Assembly (NCBI GenBank): GCA_043812915.1
Contig: JBDRLQ010000016.1
Location: 32,001-96,000 of the forward strand
DNA: 64,000 nucleotides
From: Candidatus Micrarchaeota archaeon
Lineage (GTDB): Archaea > Micrarchaeota > Micrarchaeia > Anstonellales > Bilamarchaeaceae
Direction: 5' to 3'
Shown here: in pieces, positions 55,425 through 64,000 of the stretch
How positions within the stretch are numbered: the stretch's first letter is position 1
Layout of the letters: every line of letters starts with the position of its first letter
The notes under the pieces: model-generated
The model's database searches: none
What the model saw: the letters and a program-made list of their open reading frames with translations, nothing else
Told to the model about the DNA's origin: nothing
Translations under genes and position numbers: made by a program

Positions 55425-55580
55425 TCATCCGCCGCTCTTTTGGTCCAGCAGAAATCCATGGCTGCGGATGGGTGATATCACTTAAAAAACAAAAGATTAA
55501 AATTGGTGCCGGGCTGGCATAACCTTTATATATAATTCTCTTCATTCAGTAGTTCGACGTAATATAAATGGTGAATACTT

Positions 55581-58034
55581 ATGGATATCTTCCGTCCTTT
55601 TATTGTCCTGGCAATGGCTTTGGCTCTGGCTGCTGGGTGCCTTTCGGTATTCGGCTGCTCCTCTGATTATGCCCCTGTATGCGGGGCTGATGGGAACACA
55701 TATGATAACTCATGCCTCGCCGGGCAGGCTGGCGTTGCCATCGCCCATAATGGCGAATGCGTGGCCGCTCCCGCCTGCACCGAGACGGACCTTGGGAGGG
55801 ATGTCCTTAAACAGGGGACAACTGCCCTTGAGAGCGGAACCGCGTTTGAGGACAATTGCATTAACCAAACTACAGTCATGGAATTCTACTGCGAGGATGG
55901 GAATGCGCAATATGAGTACCTCCTCTGCCCAGCCGGCTACCTATGCACCGGCGGCTCCTGCGTGAAGGTAGCCGGGGCGCCAGGCGCCACTTGCGATGAC
56001 AGTGAGCTCACGAACAGCATCTATTCGGCTGGCAAGGTGAGCGTTGTTGACGCTGCAGGCGAGACAATACTCGCGGATGCCTGCGTTAATGATAATATCA
56101 TCATGGAATACTCCTGCGATGGCAACAAAGCAGTTTCAAAGAGCTCGGCATGTCCATCAGGGTACACCTGCTTTGAGGGCGCGTGCCAGGCTATGGGCGC
56201 ATGCTTCGACAGCGACGGGGGTGGCAGCGGCGGGATGTACGTTTCTGGCACTGTGTTCAGCGAATTCGGAAGCTACAGTGACTACTGCACCTCGGGAACA
56301 GTGGTGAACGAATATTCATGCGTTTCCGACAGCCGGGTTTCGGATACAATCGCATGCCCGTCAGGATATCTCTGCCGAAGCGGCGCATGCGTCTCAGAGG
56401 ACGACTGCTATGACAGTGACGATGGGCTCAACTATTATGCCAAGGGCACAGCCGAAGTGCACGGGATTGACGAAGTAGACTATTGCACCGATTCCGACAC
56501 TGTCCGCGAATACTACTGCGGCAGCGGGGATGAGATTCTATCGGCAACATACTCCTGCCCTGGGGGCTATGAGTGCTCAAGCGGCCGCTGCGCTCGTGAA
56601 GGCTCTGGCGGAGCATCATGCACTGACAGCGACGGCGGTCACATATACGCAGCCATCGGGACAACCTCCACTACGGATGGGGATGTCGGGCGTGATGTCT
56701 GCCTGAGTTCCGGGCTCCTTCGGGAATACTTCTGTGATGGTGATGATCTCGATAGCGAAACCTACAGCTGCCCGCTCGGCCAGGAGTGCAGCGGAGGGCG
56801 CTGCGTGGCGGCAGGCGAGGAAGTGACATGCGATGACTCTGACGGGCTTGACTACTACACGGTCGGATCCGTGTTCGTAACCGGGGATGGTCTTCCGGCC
56901 TTTGATTACTGCGAGGATGGGGATATCCTTAGGGAATATGTATGTGATGGCTCTGAAAGGGACTATGAGAGCCATGCCTGCGAATCAGGGATGTGCCGCG
57001 AGGCCCGGTGTGTAGAGATGACCTGCCAGGACACTGACGGCAGGGATTATTCCGTCCAAGGGGCATACGGCCATTATTATGACGGGATGGGCATGCTGGA
57101 AGAAGAGAGATGTGCTGATGTCTCCACTGTTATGGAATACTACTGCTCAGACGGTGTGCTCACCATGGACCGCCACGACTGCGCTACGGATGAAGTCTGT
57201 TCTGACGGCGCCTGCGTTGAGGCAGACATCTGTGCTGATTCCGATGGCACGAGCACCAATACCAAGGGCACGGTCACCTTTGGTACTGAGAGCAGGACCG
57301 ATTACTGCACCGAATTCGGCCAGATTGTGGAGTGGGTGTGCAGGGCCGATCCTGCCGACGGCTTCCAGGCGCTGGTCGCGGTGAACTGCCCGTCCGGCAA
57401 GTACTGCGATGATGGCAGGTGCGTCTCCACCTGGTGCACTGACAGCGACGACGGGAACAACATCGATGTTGCCGGCAGCGTTGCGGATTATCTGGGGCAC
57501 AGCGATTCCGACGAGTGCTATGGCGCTGACGGCGCCAGGGTGCTGGAATACTTCTGCGATGCGGATAAAGAACTGGACTTCGAGTATGTTCACTGCCCCT
57601 CCGGCTCATCCTGCGTGGGTGGTCGGTGCCTTGACTATGTGTGCACCGACACCGACGGCGGCGTTGATCCTCTCGAGGGAGGCTCAGCCAGCTCCACTGA
57701 TGGCAGCAGCGGAGTCGATGACTGCTGGGCAGGCGGAATCTACGAGGCATACTGCGCAGCTGACAACAGCGTTGAAAAGGAATGGATTGCGTGCTCTGCC
57801 AATTACGAATGCAGGTATAGTGCCGGCGGCTCCGCCTGCGTCCCGACCTGTTATGAGGACGCGGAGGGGGATGTGCACTTCGGCAGCGAGTTCCATCCTG
57901 ACACATGTTCGGGGGATCATCCGATAGATTACTACTGCGTGGACGACTATTCGTACGACTACCACTTCATGTCCTGCACGTTCCTCAACATGTGCGTGGG
58001 AGGGGAGTGCGTTCCGAGGCCTCCGGCGCCATAG
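55581..58034 (+). CDS. Lipoprotein with a Kazal domain and about 11 Cys-rich CxD(S/T)DGG repeats
   Basis: Lipobox LAAGC, Kazal C...Y.PVCG.DG.TY.N.C, repeated C.DSDG.....G.....D.C.....EY.C.....CP.G..C..G.C. Confidence 0.88.
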   Translation: MDIFRPFIVLAMALALAAGCLSVFGCSSDYAPVCGADGNTYDNSCLAGQAGVAIAHNGECVAAPACTETDLGRDVLKQGTTALESGTAFEDNCINQTTVMEFYCEDGNAQYEYLLCPAGYLCTGGSCVKVAGAPGATCDDSELTNSIYSAGKVSVVDAAGETILADACVNDNIIMEYSCDGNKAVSKSSACPSGYTCFEGACQAMGACFDSDGGGSGGMYVSGTVFSEFGSYSDYCTSGTVVNEYSCVSDSRVSDTIACPSGYLCRSGACVSEDDCYDSDDGLNYYAKGTAEVHGIDEVDYCTDSDTVREYYCGSGDEILSATYSCPGGYECSSGRCAREGSGGASCTDSDGGHIYAAIGTTSTTDGDVGRDVCLSSGLLREYFCDGDDLDSETYSCPLGQECSGGRCVAAGEEVTCDDSDGLDYYTVGSVFVTGDGLPAFDYCEDGDILREYVCDGSERDYESHACESGMCREARCVEMTCQDTDGRDYSVQGAYGHYYDGMGMLEEERCADVSTVMEYYCSDGVLTMDRHDCATDEVCSDGACVEADICADSDGTSTNTKGTVTFGTESRTDYCTEFGQIVEWVCRADPADGFQALVAVNCPSGKYCDDGRCVSTWCTDSDDGNNIDVAGSVADYLGHSDSDECYGADGARVLEYFCDADKELDFEYVHCPSGSSCVGGRCLDYVCTDTDGGVDPLEGGSASSTDGSSGVDDCWAGGIYEAYCAADNSVEKEWIACSANYECRYSAGGSACVPTCYEDAEGDVHFGSEFHPDTCSGDHPIDYYCVDDYSYDYHFMSCTFLNMCVGGECVPRPPAP

Positions 58035-58113
58035 TCCCCTTTTTTCTTTCCTTTCCTTTGCTTTTAACTCAAGGCACAATCTTTTTATTCATTAAGCGAA
58101 AGCTAGTCTCACA

Positions 58114-59745
58114 ATGGTGAAACTGATGAAATCCCTTTATGCCATATTCGCACTGATGCTGATTTTTTCCTCCGGCTGCCTGCAGCCGGATTGCCCCTCT
58201 GACTATGAGCCTGTCTGCGGGGATGATGGGAAGATTTACCCCAATTACTGCTTTGCCGGGCGCTCCGGGGCGAACGTCTCGTATGAGGGCGTCTGCATAG
58301 AGCGCAGGGATGGCTGCAATGAGACCGACCTTGGCAGGGATGTCCTTGTCGGGGGGATTGCGACTTCTGATGCCGGAAGCTTCACGGACAGCTGCGAGGA
58401 CCCGGTGACCGTTCTTGAATACTACTGCAAGGATGGCGCAATCGACATGGATTTCGTGCAGTGCCCCGCGGGCCATGTCTGCGAGAATGGCGCCTGCGTC
58501 CAGGCGGAGCTTGAGCCGGCATGCGATGACAGCGACAAGGGCACCGATTATTTTGCCTTCGGAGTCGTCACCTATGATGGAAAGAGCTATCCGGATGCAT
58601 GCAAAAACGGGGTGCTAACAGAATACAAATGCTCGGATGGCCAAGTGGGCAGCGTGGCATACACATGCGGCGAGGGCTGCGCTGAGGGGCGCTGCACAAA
58701 CCAGAAGTGCACAGATACCGAGTACGGGCAGACAATCTATTCCAGCGGAACTGTGAACCTCATTAATGACAGCGGATGGTTCACCTTCCCTGACAAGTGC
58801 GTGAGCGAGGATATGGTGACAGAATATACATGTGATGGCGATGAGATGCGCGCCGCGAACATATCCTGCCCGGACGCGTATGCCTGCTATGGTGGGGTGT
58901 GCTATCCTGACAAGGCCTGCCACGACACTGACTCGGACCACCCGGACGGAAGGTACCAGCAGGGGACTGTTTATTATGACGGCAAGGACTACAAGGACTA
59001 CTGCATGGACGAGACCTTGGTTGTGGAATATTCATGCTCAGCTTCGCAGAAAGTGCACGAGGCATATCTCTCATGCCCTGGCGGATATGAATGCTCCAAG
59101 GGGGCGTGCGTCGAGCTGGCGGAATGCGAGGATACTGATGGTGGCAGGGACTACTATGAGCGCGGGACCACTTCGGAGTCAGGAGGTTTCGAGGCGACCG
59201 ATCAGTGCATGGGGGATTCCCGGCTGCTTGAATACTTCTGCGATTCCGGCGAGCTAGTGGATTCCGTCCGCTTTGACTGCCCCTCAGGATACGTGTGCAC
59301 CTCGGGCGCATGCGTGGAAGCCTCCCCATGCGAGGACAGTGATGGGGGAACGGATTACTACGAGCAGGGGACCACTGAGATGGAAGGCATCAGTGTGGAG
59401 AGCGACTACTGCATCGACAATACGGTCGTGGAATTCTTCTGCGACGGCTCAAGGAGCATGGATCAGGTGGAGTTCGCCTGCCCCTACGGGTATGCATGTT
59501 CCGAAGGTGCGTGCGTGAGCTACTGCTCGGATACCGATGGCGGGAATGCTCCCGAGGACTTCGGCGAGGTTTTCTACGGCAGCCACGCGTTCGCGGACTA
59601 CTGCGTTGAGCGGGAGGCGCCGTTGCTGGACAAATTGGTGGAGTACTACTGCAGCGTGGACGGCCTGAGCTATGAGACATTCGAGTATTCATGCTCCGGC
59701 GGATGCGGCGGAGGGGAATGCGCCCCGCTCCTGGTGCCCGAGTAG
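58114..59745 (+). CDS. Paralogous lipoprotein with a Kazal domain and 7 CxD(S/T)DGG repeats
   Basis: Lipobox SSGC, same architecture, shares ETDLGRDVL with the upstream gene. Confidence 0.88.
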   Translation: MVKLMKSLYAIFALMLIFSSGCLQPDCPSDYEPVCGDDGKIYPNYCFAGRSGANVSYEGVCIERRDGCNETDLGRDVLVGGIATSDAGSFTDSCEDPVTVLEYYCKDGAIDMDFVQCPAGHVCENGACVQAELEPACDDSDKGTDYFAFGVVTYDGKSYPDACKNGVLTEYKCSDGQVGSVAYTCGEGCAEGRCTNQKCTDTEYGQTIYSSGTVNLINDSGWFTFPDKCVSEDMVTEYTCDGDEMRAANISCPDAYACYGGVCYPDKACHDTDSDHPDGRYQQGTVYYDGKDYKDYCMDETLVVEYSCSASQKVHEAYLSCPGGYECSKGACVELAECEDTDGGRDYYERGTTSESGGFEATDQCMGDSRLLEYFCDSGELVDSVRFDCPSGYVCTSGACVEASPCEDSDGGTDYYEQGTTEMEGISVESDYCIDNTVVEFFCDGSRSMDQVEFACPYGYACSEGACVSYCSDTDGGNAPEDFGEVFYGSHAFADYCVEREAPLLDKLVEYYCSVDGLSYETFEYSCSGGCGGGECAPLLVPE

Positions 59746-59765
59746 GCCATCAGCTTTTTCCAGGC

Positions 59766-60998
59766 TCAGTATCTGAGGGCTTCCACAGGGTCCATCTTTG
59801 AAGCTTCCCTCGCAGGTATTATGCCCGCGAGGATGCCTGTTCCAGCGGAGAAAAGGAAAGCGAACCCGAATATGGCAGGGCTAAGGACATAGGGAATCCC
59901 GAAGCTCTCAACGACAAGGAGTATCCCAACCCCCATCAATATCCCGATAATCCCGCCAATCAGGCCCAGCATCCCGCTCTCCATTATGAAAATAAGCATT
60001 ATATCATTCCGTGTCGCGCCCATCGCCTTCATCACGCCGATTTCGCGGACCCTCTCAAGAACCCCCATGAACATGGTATTGGATATCCCTATCGCGCCGA
60101 CAAGGGAAGCTATTATCGTTATCGCGGCAAGGAAAGAGCCAAGCAGGCCCAGTATGCCGCCAACAGTCTCATTGATGAAGTCCGCGGTTATGACTGTGAA
60201 GTCCAGGTTATCCAAAGTCACCTTGTGGAATGAGGCAATCTTCCGCTCTATTGAGTCCTTGATGTCGTTCTGGTCGAAGCCCTCCTCAATCTGCACGAAT
60301 ATGTAGTTGATTTCGTTCTTTGTGAGCTGGTTCGCGAACAGCTCCTCCGCGTCCTTGAAAGGGACGTAGATTGCCGAGTCGTCCTGGGCCGAGAGTGAGG
60401 TCCCGATCTTCTTGAGAACCCCAACAACGCGGTAATTCTCGCCATTGATTACAAGGGTGTTCCCAACTCCGACGCGGTCATTGCCCCAGAGCTCGTTGGC
60501 GGCGTCATTGGCAAGTACCACTACATTCCTGTCACTGTCCTGGTAAAGCCTTCCACTCTCAATCTCCATGTAGTCATCATACTGATCGAATCCTTTGGCG
60601 TCCATGCCGAATATTGGCGCGGTAATGCTCCTGTCCCTGAATTCCATGCTCGCCCGGCCGAATATCACTCTGGCGACCGATTTAACTCCTGGAATCCCCT
60701 CTATCGCCTCGGCATCCCTCTGAAACAGTTTGCCTGACGATGCCTGCACCGGGCCGCCGCCAAGGGCTTCAAGCCCTCCTTCATCAACATTGACCGGCAG
60801 TATGAACATGTTCTCTGAGCCGAATGCTGACATCTGGTCGTTTATGTCCTTCTGCACGCCCTCGCTGACCGAGAGAATCACCACTAACGCGACTACCCCA
60901 ATCACAATTCCTATTATCGTGAGCACGGAGCGCAGGCTGGCAGTGCGCAGGCTTTTCAGGGCATATTTAGACGATTCTATCAGGTTCAGCCATACCAC
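59766..60998 (-). CDS. ABC transporter permease (MacB/FtsX family)
   Basis: RS.LT..GI.IG, GI.NTM...V.ER..EIG.MKA.GA, PA..AS..DPVEALRY. Confidence 0.93.
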   Translation of the reverse strand: MVWLNLIESSKYALKSLRTASLRSVLTIIGIVIGVVALVVILSVSEGVQKDINDQMSAFGSENMFILPVNVDEGGLEALGGGPVQASSGKLFQRDAEAIEGIPGVKSVARVIFGRASMEFRDRSITAPIFGMDAKGFDQYDDYMEIESGRLYQDSDRNVVVLANDAANELWGNDRVGVGNTLVINGENYRVVGVLKKIGTSLSAQDDSAIYVPFKDAEELFANQLTKNEINYIFVQIEEGFDQNDIKDSIERKIASFHKVTLDNLDFTVITADFINETVGGILGLLGSFLAAITIIASLVGAIGISNTMFMGVLERVREIGVMKAMGATRNDIMLIFIMESGMLGLIGGIIGILMGVGILLVVESFGIPYVLSPAIFGFAFLFSAGTGILAGIIPAREASKMDPVEALRY

Positions 60999-62213
60999 CT
61001 ACTCATATCTCAATGCTTCCACCGGGTCAAGGGCAGCGGCCCTTTTCGCCGGAACAGTCCCGGAAACAATCCCAACAACAGCGGAGAACAGCACCGCTCC
61101 GGCGGCGACAACCGGTGAAATCGCGACAGTCACTCCGAACGCTCCAATCAGGAGGGCTACAAGGAAAGCCAGCAGAAGGCCAAGAGCCCCTCCGGCCGCG
61201 CCAATCATGCTGCTCTCAACAAGGAAAATCATCATTATGTCTTTCTCCCTCGAACCGAGCGCTTTTAGCACTCCAATCTCCCTCCGCCTTTCCATAACGC
61301 TCATGAACATCGTGTTAGCAACGCCTACGCCGCCAACAAGCAATGCTATGCTGGCAATCGCCCCCAAAAATAGCGAGAGCACTTCAGTGACGCTGTTAAT
61401 CTGCTCATTTATGAATCCTGATGTGATTACCCCGAAATCCTTCTCATCCTCGTTCACGCGGTGGGATGCCATCATTATGTCCTCGATCTCATCAGCGACT
61501 TCCTCGACATCAGAGCCTTCCTTCACGCTAATCCTTATCGCGCTGATTTCATTGGCGACCAGCAGGTTGTCGAACATGTCCTCGGCCTCAGTAAACGGAA
61601 TGAATGTGATTGAATCAACATTGAAGCCGGAATTGCCTGTCCTCTTGAGGATTCCAACGACAGTGTACTGCTCCCCTCCTATTTCCATCTTGGAGCCAAC
61701 GCGGATTTCCTCATCAAAGCTGTCCTTTGCAAGGTCATTGCCAAGGACAGCCCCCATGCGCTCGTTGTCTAAGAGGAACCTTCCGCTCTCAATCTCAAGA
61801 GTGCCGACCGTCTGCCTGAATATGTCCGGCTCTATCCCGTACACGCTGCTGCTTATCTGCTGGCTCTTGTACTCAAGATAAGTAGTTCCGCTGATTACCG
61901 GCGTTATGAATTCTATCTCAGGAACACGCCTCACGCGCTCATAGTCCTTCTGGTATAGCTTTCCGCTTGAGGGCATGTATGAGGAAGCGCCGAACGAGCC
62001 GCCCCCAGCAACGTTTATCGGAACGACTATGATTGTCCTCGGGCCGAATCCCTCAAGCTGCTCCGTAATCCCGTCTTTTAGCCCCTGCACCAGCCCGACC
62101 AGCACTATGATTGCCGTTATGCCTACGACGATGCCCATCACGGTGAGCCAGGAACGGAGGCTCCTGCGGCGCAGAGCGTTCACGCCGTAGGAAACCATCT
62201 CAAGCAGGTTCAT
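60999..62213 (-). CDS. ABC transporter permease (MacB/FtsX family)
   Basis: RSWLT.MGI..G, NTM.MSV.ER..EIG.LKA.G, DPVEALRYE. Confidence 0.93.
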   Translation of the reverse strand: MNLLEMVSYGVNALRRRSLRSWLTVMGIVVGITAIIVLVGLVQGLKDGITEQLEGFGPRTIIVVPINVAGGGSFGASSYMPSSGKLYQKDYERVRRVPEIEFITPVISGTTYLEYKSQQISSSVYGIEPDIFRQTVGTLEIESGRFLLDNERMGAVLGNDLAKDSFDEEIRVGSKMEIGGEQYTVVGILKRTGNSGFNVDSITFIPFTEAEDMFDNLLVANEISAIRISVKEGSDVEEVADEIEDIMMASHRVNEDEKDFGVITSGFINEQINSVTEVLSLFLGAIASIALLVGGVGVANTMFMSVMERRREIGVLKALGSREKDIMMIFLVESSMIGAAGGALGLLLAFLVALLIGAFGVTVAISPVVAAGAVLFSAVVGIVSGTVPAKRAAALDPVEALRYE

Positions 62214-62214
62214 G

Positions 62215-63678
62215 TTACCTTTTCTCGGGTTTCTTCCTGAATTTGAACCACCAGACGCCCGCACCAATCGCCAGGACTAGCGGTATAGCGATGCATAGGT
62301 CTGATGGGCCCTCCACGTTCGGGCCGTATACCTCGATACTCTGCTCAACGCTGGTGCTCTTCCATTCGCCCGACTTGTCCCTGTAGGTTATGGTGATGTC
62401 CAACGGGTAGCTTCCCGGTGTCAATGCAGTCACCTTCACCTTGAACTGCACAGTTGAGAAATCATCGTTCTCCAGGCTGCCTATGTACCTCTTCGTGGAG
62501 ATATCCAGCATCTGGAGGGAGTCCGATTCCATGCCCACTTCCACATTATCTATCCCATACGATCCAAGATTGGAGACAAGCACTGATATCGTGTGCTCCC
62601 CGCCGGCTGTTAGCGGAGCAGGCTTTGCCTCGAGGTAAACTCCGACCTCAACATCCGATGAGATTGTCATCGGGATGTTGACCGACTCGGTCTTGTCAAC
62701 GTTCTCCTCTACCCAGGTCACTGTCGCAGGAACCAGGTTAAGGCCAGGCGTATAATCCGCGAATACCACTGCGGAAACGGTAGCGCTTGAGCCAGGGGCG
62801 ATGTTCCCGACCTCAAGCTCGTTCTTGAATTTCAGGCGCAGGTTGGTCTCGTCAAAGCTAATCCTGACATCATTGAGCGTTTCTGTGCCGTCGTTAACGA
62901 CTTCAAGGGTGAGCGTCCCCTCCTGCCTGGTTATCAGGCTGCCCTTCTGCAGGAATGTGACATCCAGGCGCTCTTTCTTGATTGTAATCCTGACATACTC
63001 GGTAGTCGAGTGCTCAAGCCCGAGCTCATCCTCGTATGTTATGCTGACCGGAAGGTCCGTCGGCCCGTCCACCGCGTTCCTTGAGTCCAGGGTGAGTAAT
63101 ACCTCCTCGCTGCCCGTTATCTGGCTTATGAATATTTCATTGGTTCCGAAAAGCGCGACCTCCGAGCCCTCGCCAATCTTCAGCTTCACATTCCTGGCTA
63201 TTCCGCCCTTATTGTCTACTGTGAGGCCGACCGTGTCGATTCCGCCGATTAGATGCGTGTCTGTTGTTAGCGTGAATTCAGGCGCGTCCACAACCGTCAC
63301 CGGTATTGCGACCGAGTTCGTTATGTACTCCCTCCTATCGGTCCTCTCTTCATATCCGGAGAATCTTATCTCCACAAGATAAATCCCTGATTTGGCACCA
63401 GAGCTCACCCTGAAGGGAAGGGACACGGAAGTAGTTGCTCCAGCGCCCAGATCCACAATCGTGCTCGGGCCGCTGACGGAAACCTCCGGCGGGCTGTATA
63501 TGGTCATACCGATTGTGGAAATCTGGTATGTGGTCGGGTTGGATAAGGTCATTGTGATAATACCGCTCCCTCCAGACCTGAACGATTCCTGGGACACATC
63601 CCAATCAGGGACGGCAATCCCTGCAAACACTCCCCCAATCAACACTCCAAATATCAATAACAGCTTCAGCAGTCTCAT
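62215..63678 (-). CDS. COG1361-like (S-layer/Ig-domain) membrane-anchored protein
   Basis: Signal peptide, repeated V.N.G....NV / IG.L.PG Ig-like modules, C-terminal TM helix; lies within the ABC operon. Confidence 0.8.
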   Translation of the reverse strand: MRLLKLLLIFGVLIGGVFAGIAVPDWDVSQESFRSGGSGIITMTLSNPTTYQISTIGMTIYSPPEVSVSGPSTIVDLGAGATTSVSLPFRVSSGAKSGIYLVEIRFSGYEERTDRREYITNSVAIPVTVVDAPEFTLTTDTHLIGGIDTVGLTVDNKGGIARNVKLKIGEGSEVALFGTNEIFISQITGSEEVLLTLDSRNAVDGPTDLPVSITYEDELGLEHSTTEYVRITIKKERLDVTFLQKGSLITRQEGTLTLEVVNDGTETLNDVRISFDETNLRLKFKNELEVGNIAPGSSATVSAVVFADYTPGLNLVPATVTWVEENVDKTESVNIPMTISSDVEVGVYLEAKPAPLTAGGEHTISVLVSNLGSYGIDNVEVGMESDSLQMLDISTKRYIGSLENDDFSTVQFKVKVTALTPGSYPLDITITYRDKSGEWKSTSVEQSIEVYGPNVEGPSDLCIAIPLVLAIGAGVWWFKFRKKPEKR

Positions 63679-64000
63679 TTTCGCACCTTCAGATTAGCTT
63701 TTTTCTTTTCAGCAGTATGGTTCCAGTCATAAATGGTGCCGTCTTTAAGGCGCACCACCCTCTCAGCGATTCTCGTGATGCTCTCATCATGCGTGATAAT
63801 CGCAATCGTCCTCCCCTTCTCATGGAGCATTGTTAGTATTTTAAGCACCTCAGCGCCTGTCTTCGAGTCCAGGTTGCCGGTTGGCTCATCGGCAAGGATG
63901 ATTTCCGGGTCATTCACAAGAGCCCGTGCAATTGCGACCCTCTGGCGCTCACCGCCCGAAAGCTGGTTTGGGTAATGGTCAAGCCTATGCCCAAGCCCAA
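63675..64000 (-). CDS. ABC transporter ATP-binding protein (5'-partial)
   Basis: [39 protein letters not shown]. Confidence 0.95.
   Translation of the reverse strand, partial: GLGHRLDHYPNQLSGGERQRVAIARALVNDPEIILADEPTGNLDSKTGAEVLKILTMLHEKGRTIAIITHDESITRIAERVVRLKDGTIYDWNHTAEKKKANLKVRK

Overview
Archaeal chromosomal segment: TFB, topoisomerase VI A/B, a Dim2-like KH protein, a tRNA-His with a BHB intron, C/D-box guide RNAs and TATA/GGTGA signals. The many Cys-rich 'CxD(S/T)DGG' surface proteins and large orphan membrane proteins suggest a DPANN lineage, probably Micrarchaeota; that placement is inference. From left to right: (1) an AT-rich island at the 3' end of tRNA-His, built as an array of cargo genes (transglutaminase-TPR protein, RelE-type toxin-antitoxin pair, HTH-Fic), each followed by a conserved, ungapped 82-bp non-coding element that runs into a copy of the tRNA 3' end, with no integrase in the window; (2) a metal/redox cluster (rubrerythrin preceded by an unclassified ~130-nt structured RNA, NikR-like regulator, ZIP, ArsP-type permease, DUF134/DUF5320, thioredoxin-CcdA); (3) NhaP-type antiporter and pyrEF; (4) a compact group-4 (Ech-like) [NiFe]-hydrogenase operon with a half-size antiporter subunit; (5) pcm, dim2, top6BA; (6) a beta-helix surface protein and a frameshifted ISL3; (7) a 1601-aa membrane protein followed by a lipoprotein with a lytic-transglycosylase-like domain and a displaced copy of its C-terminus; (8) AAA-wHTH ATPase, gadCB, a zincin lipoprotein, two tandem C/D guide RNAs, tfb, an amidohydrolase, pgk, topA; (9) two Kazal/Cys-repeat lipoproteins and a MacB/FtsX-type ABC operon cut by the window edge. 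All calls come from reading motifs by eye; no database searches were run.
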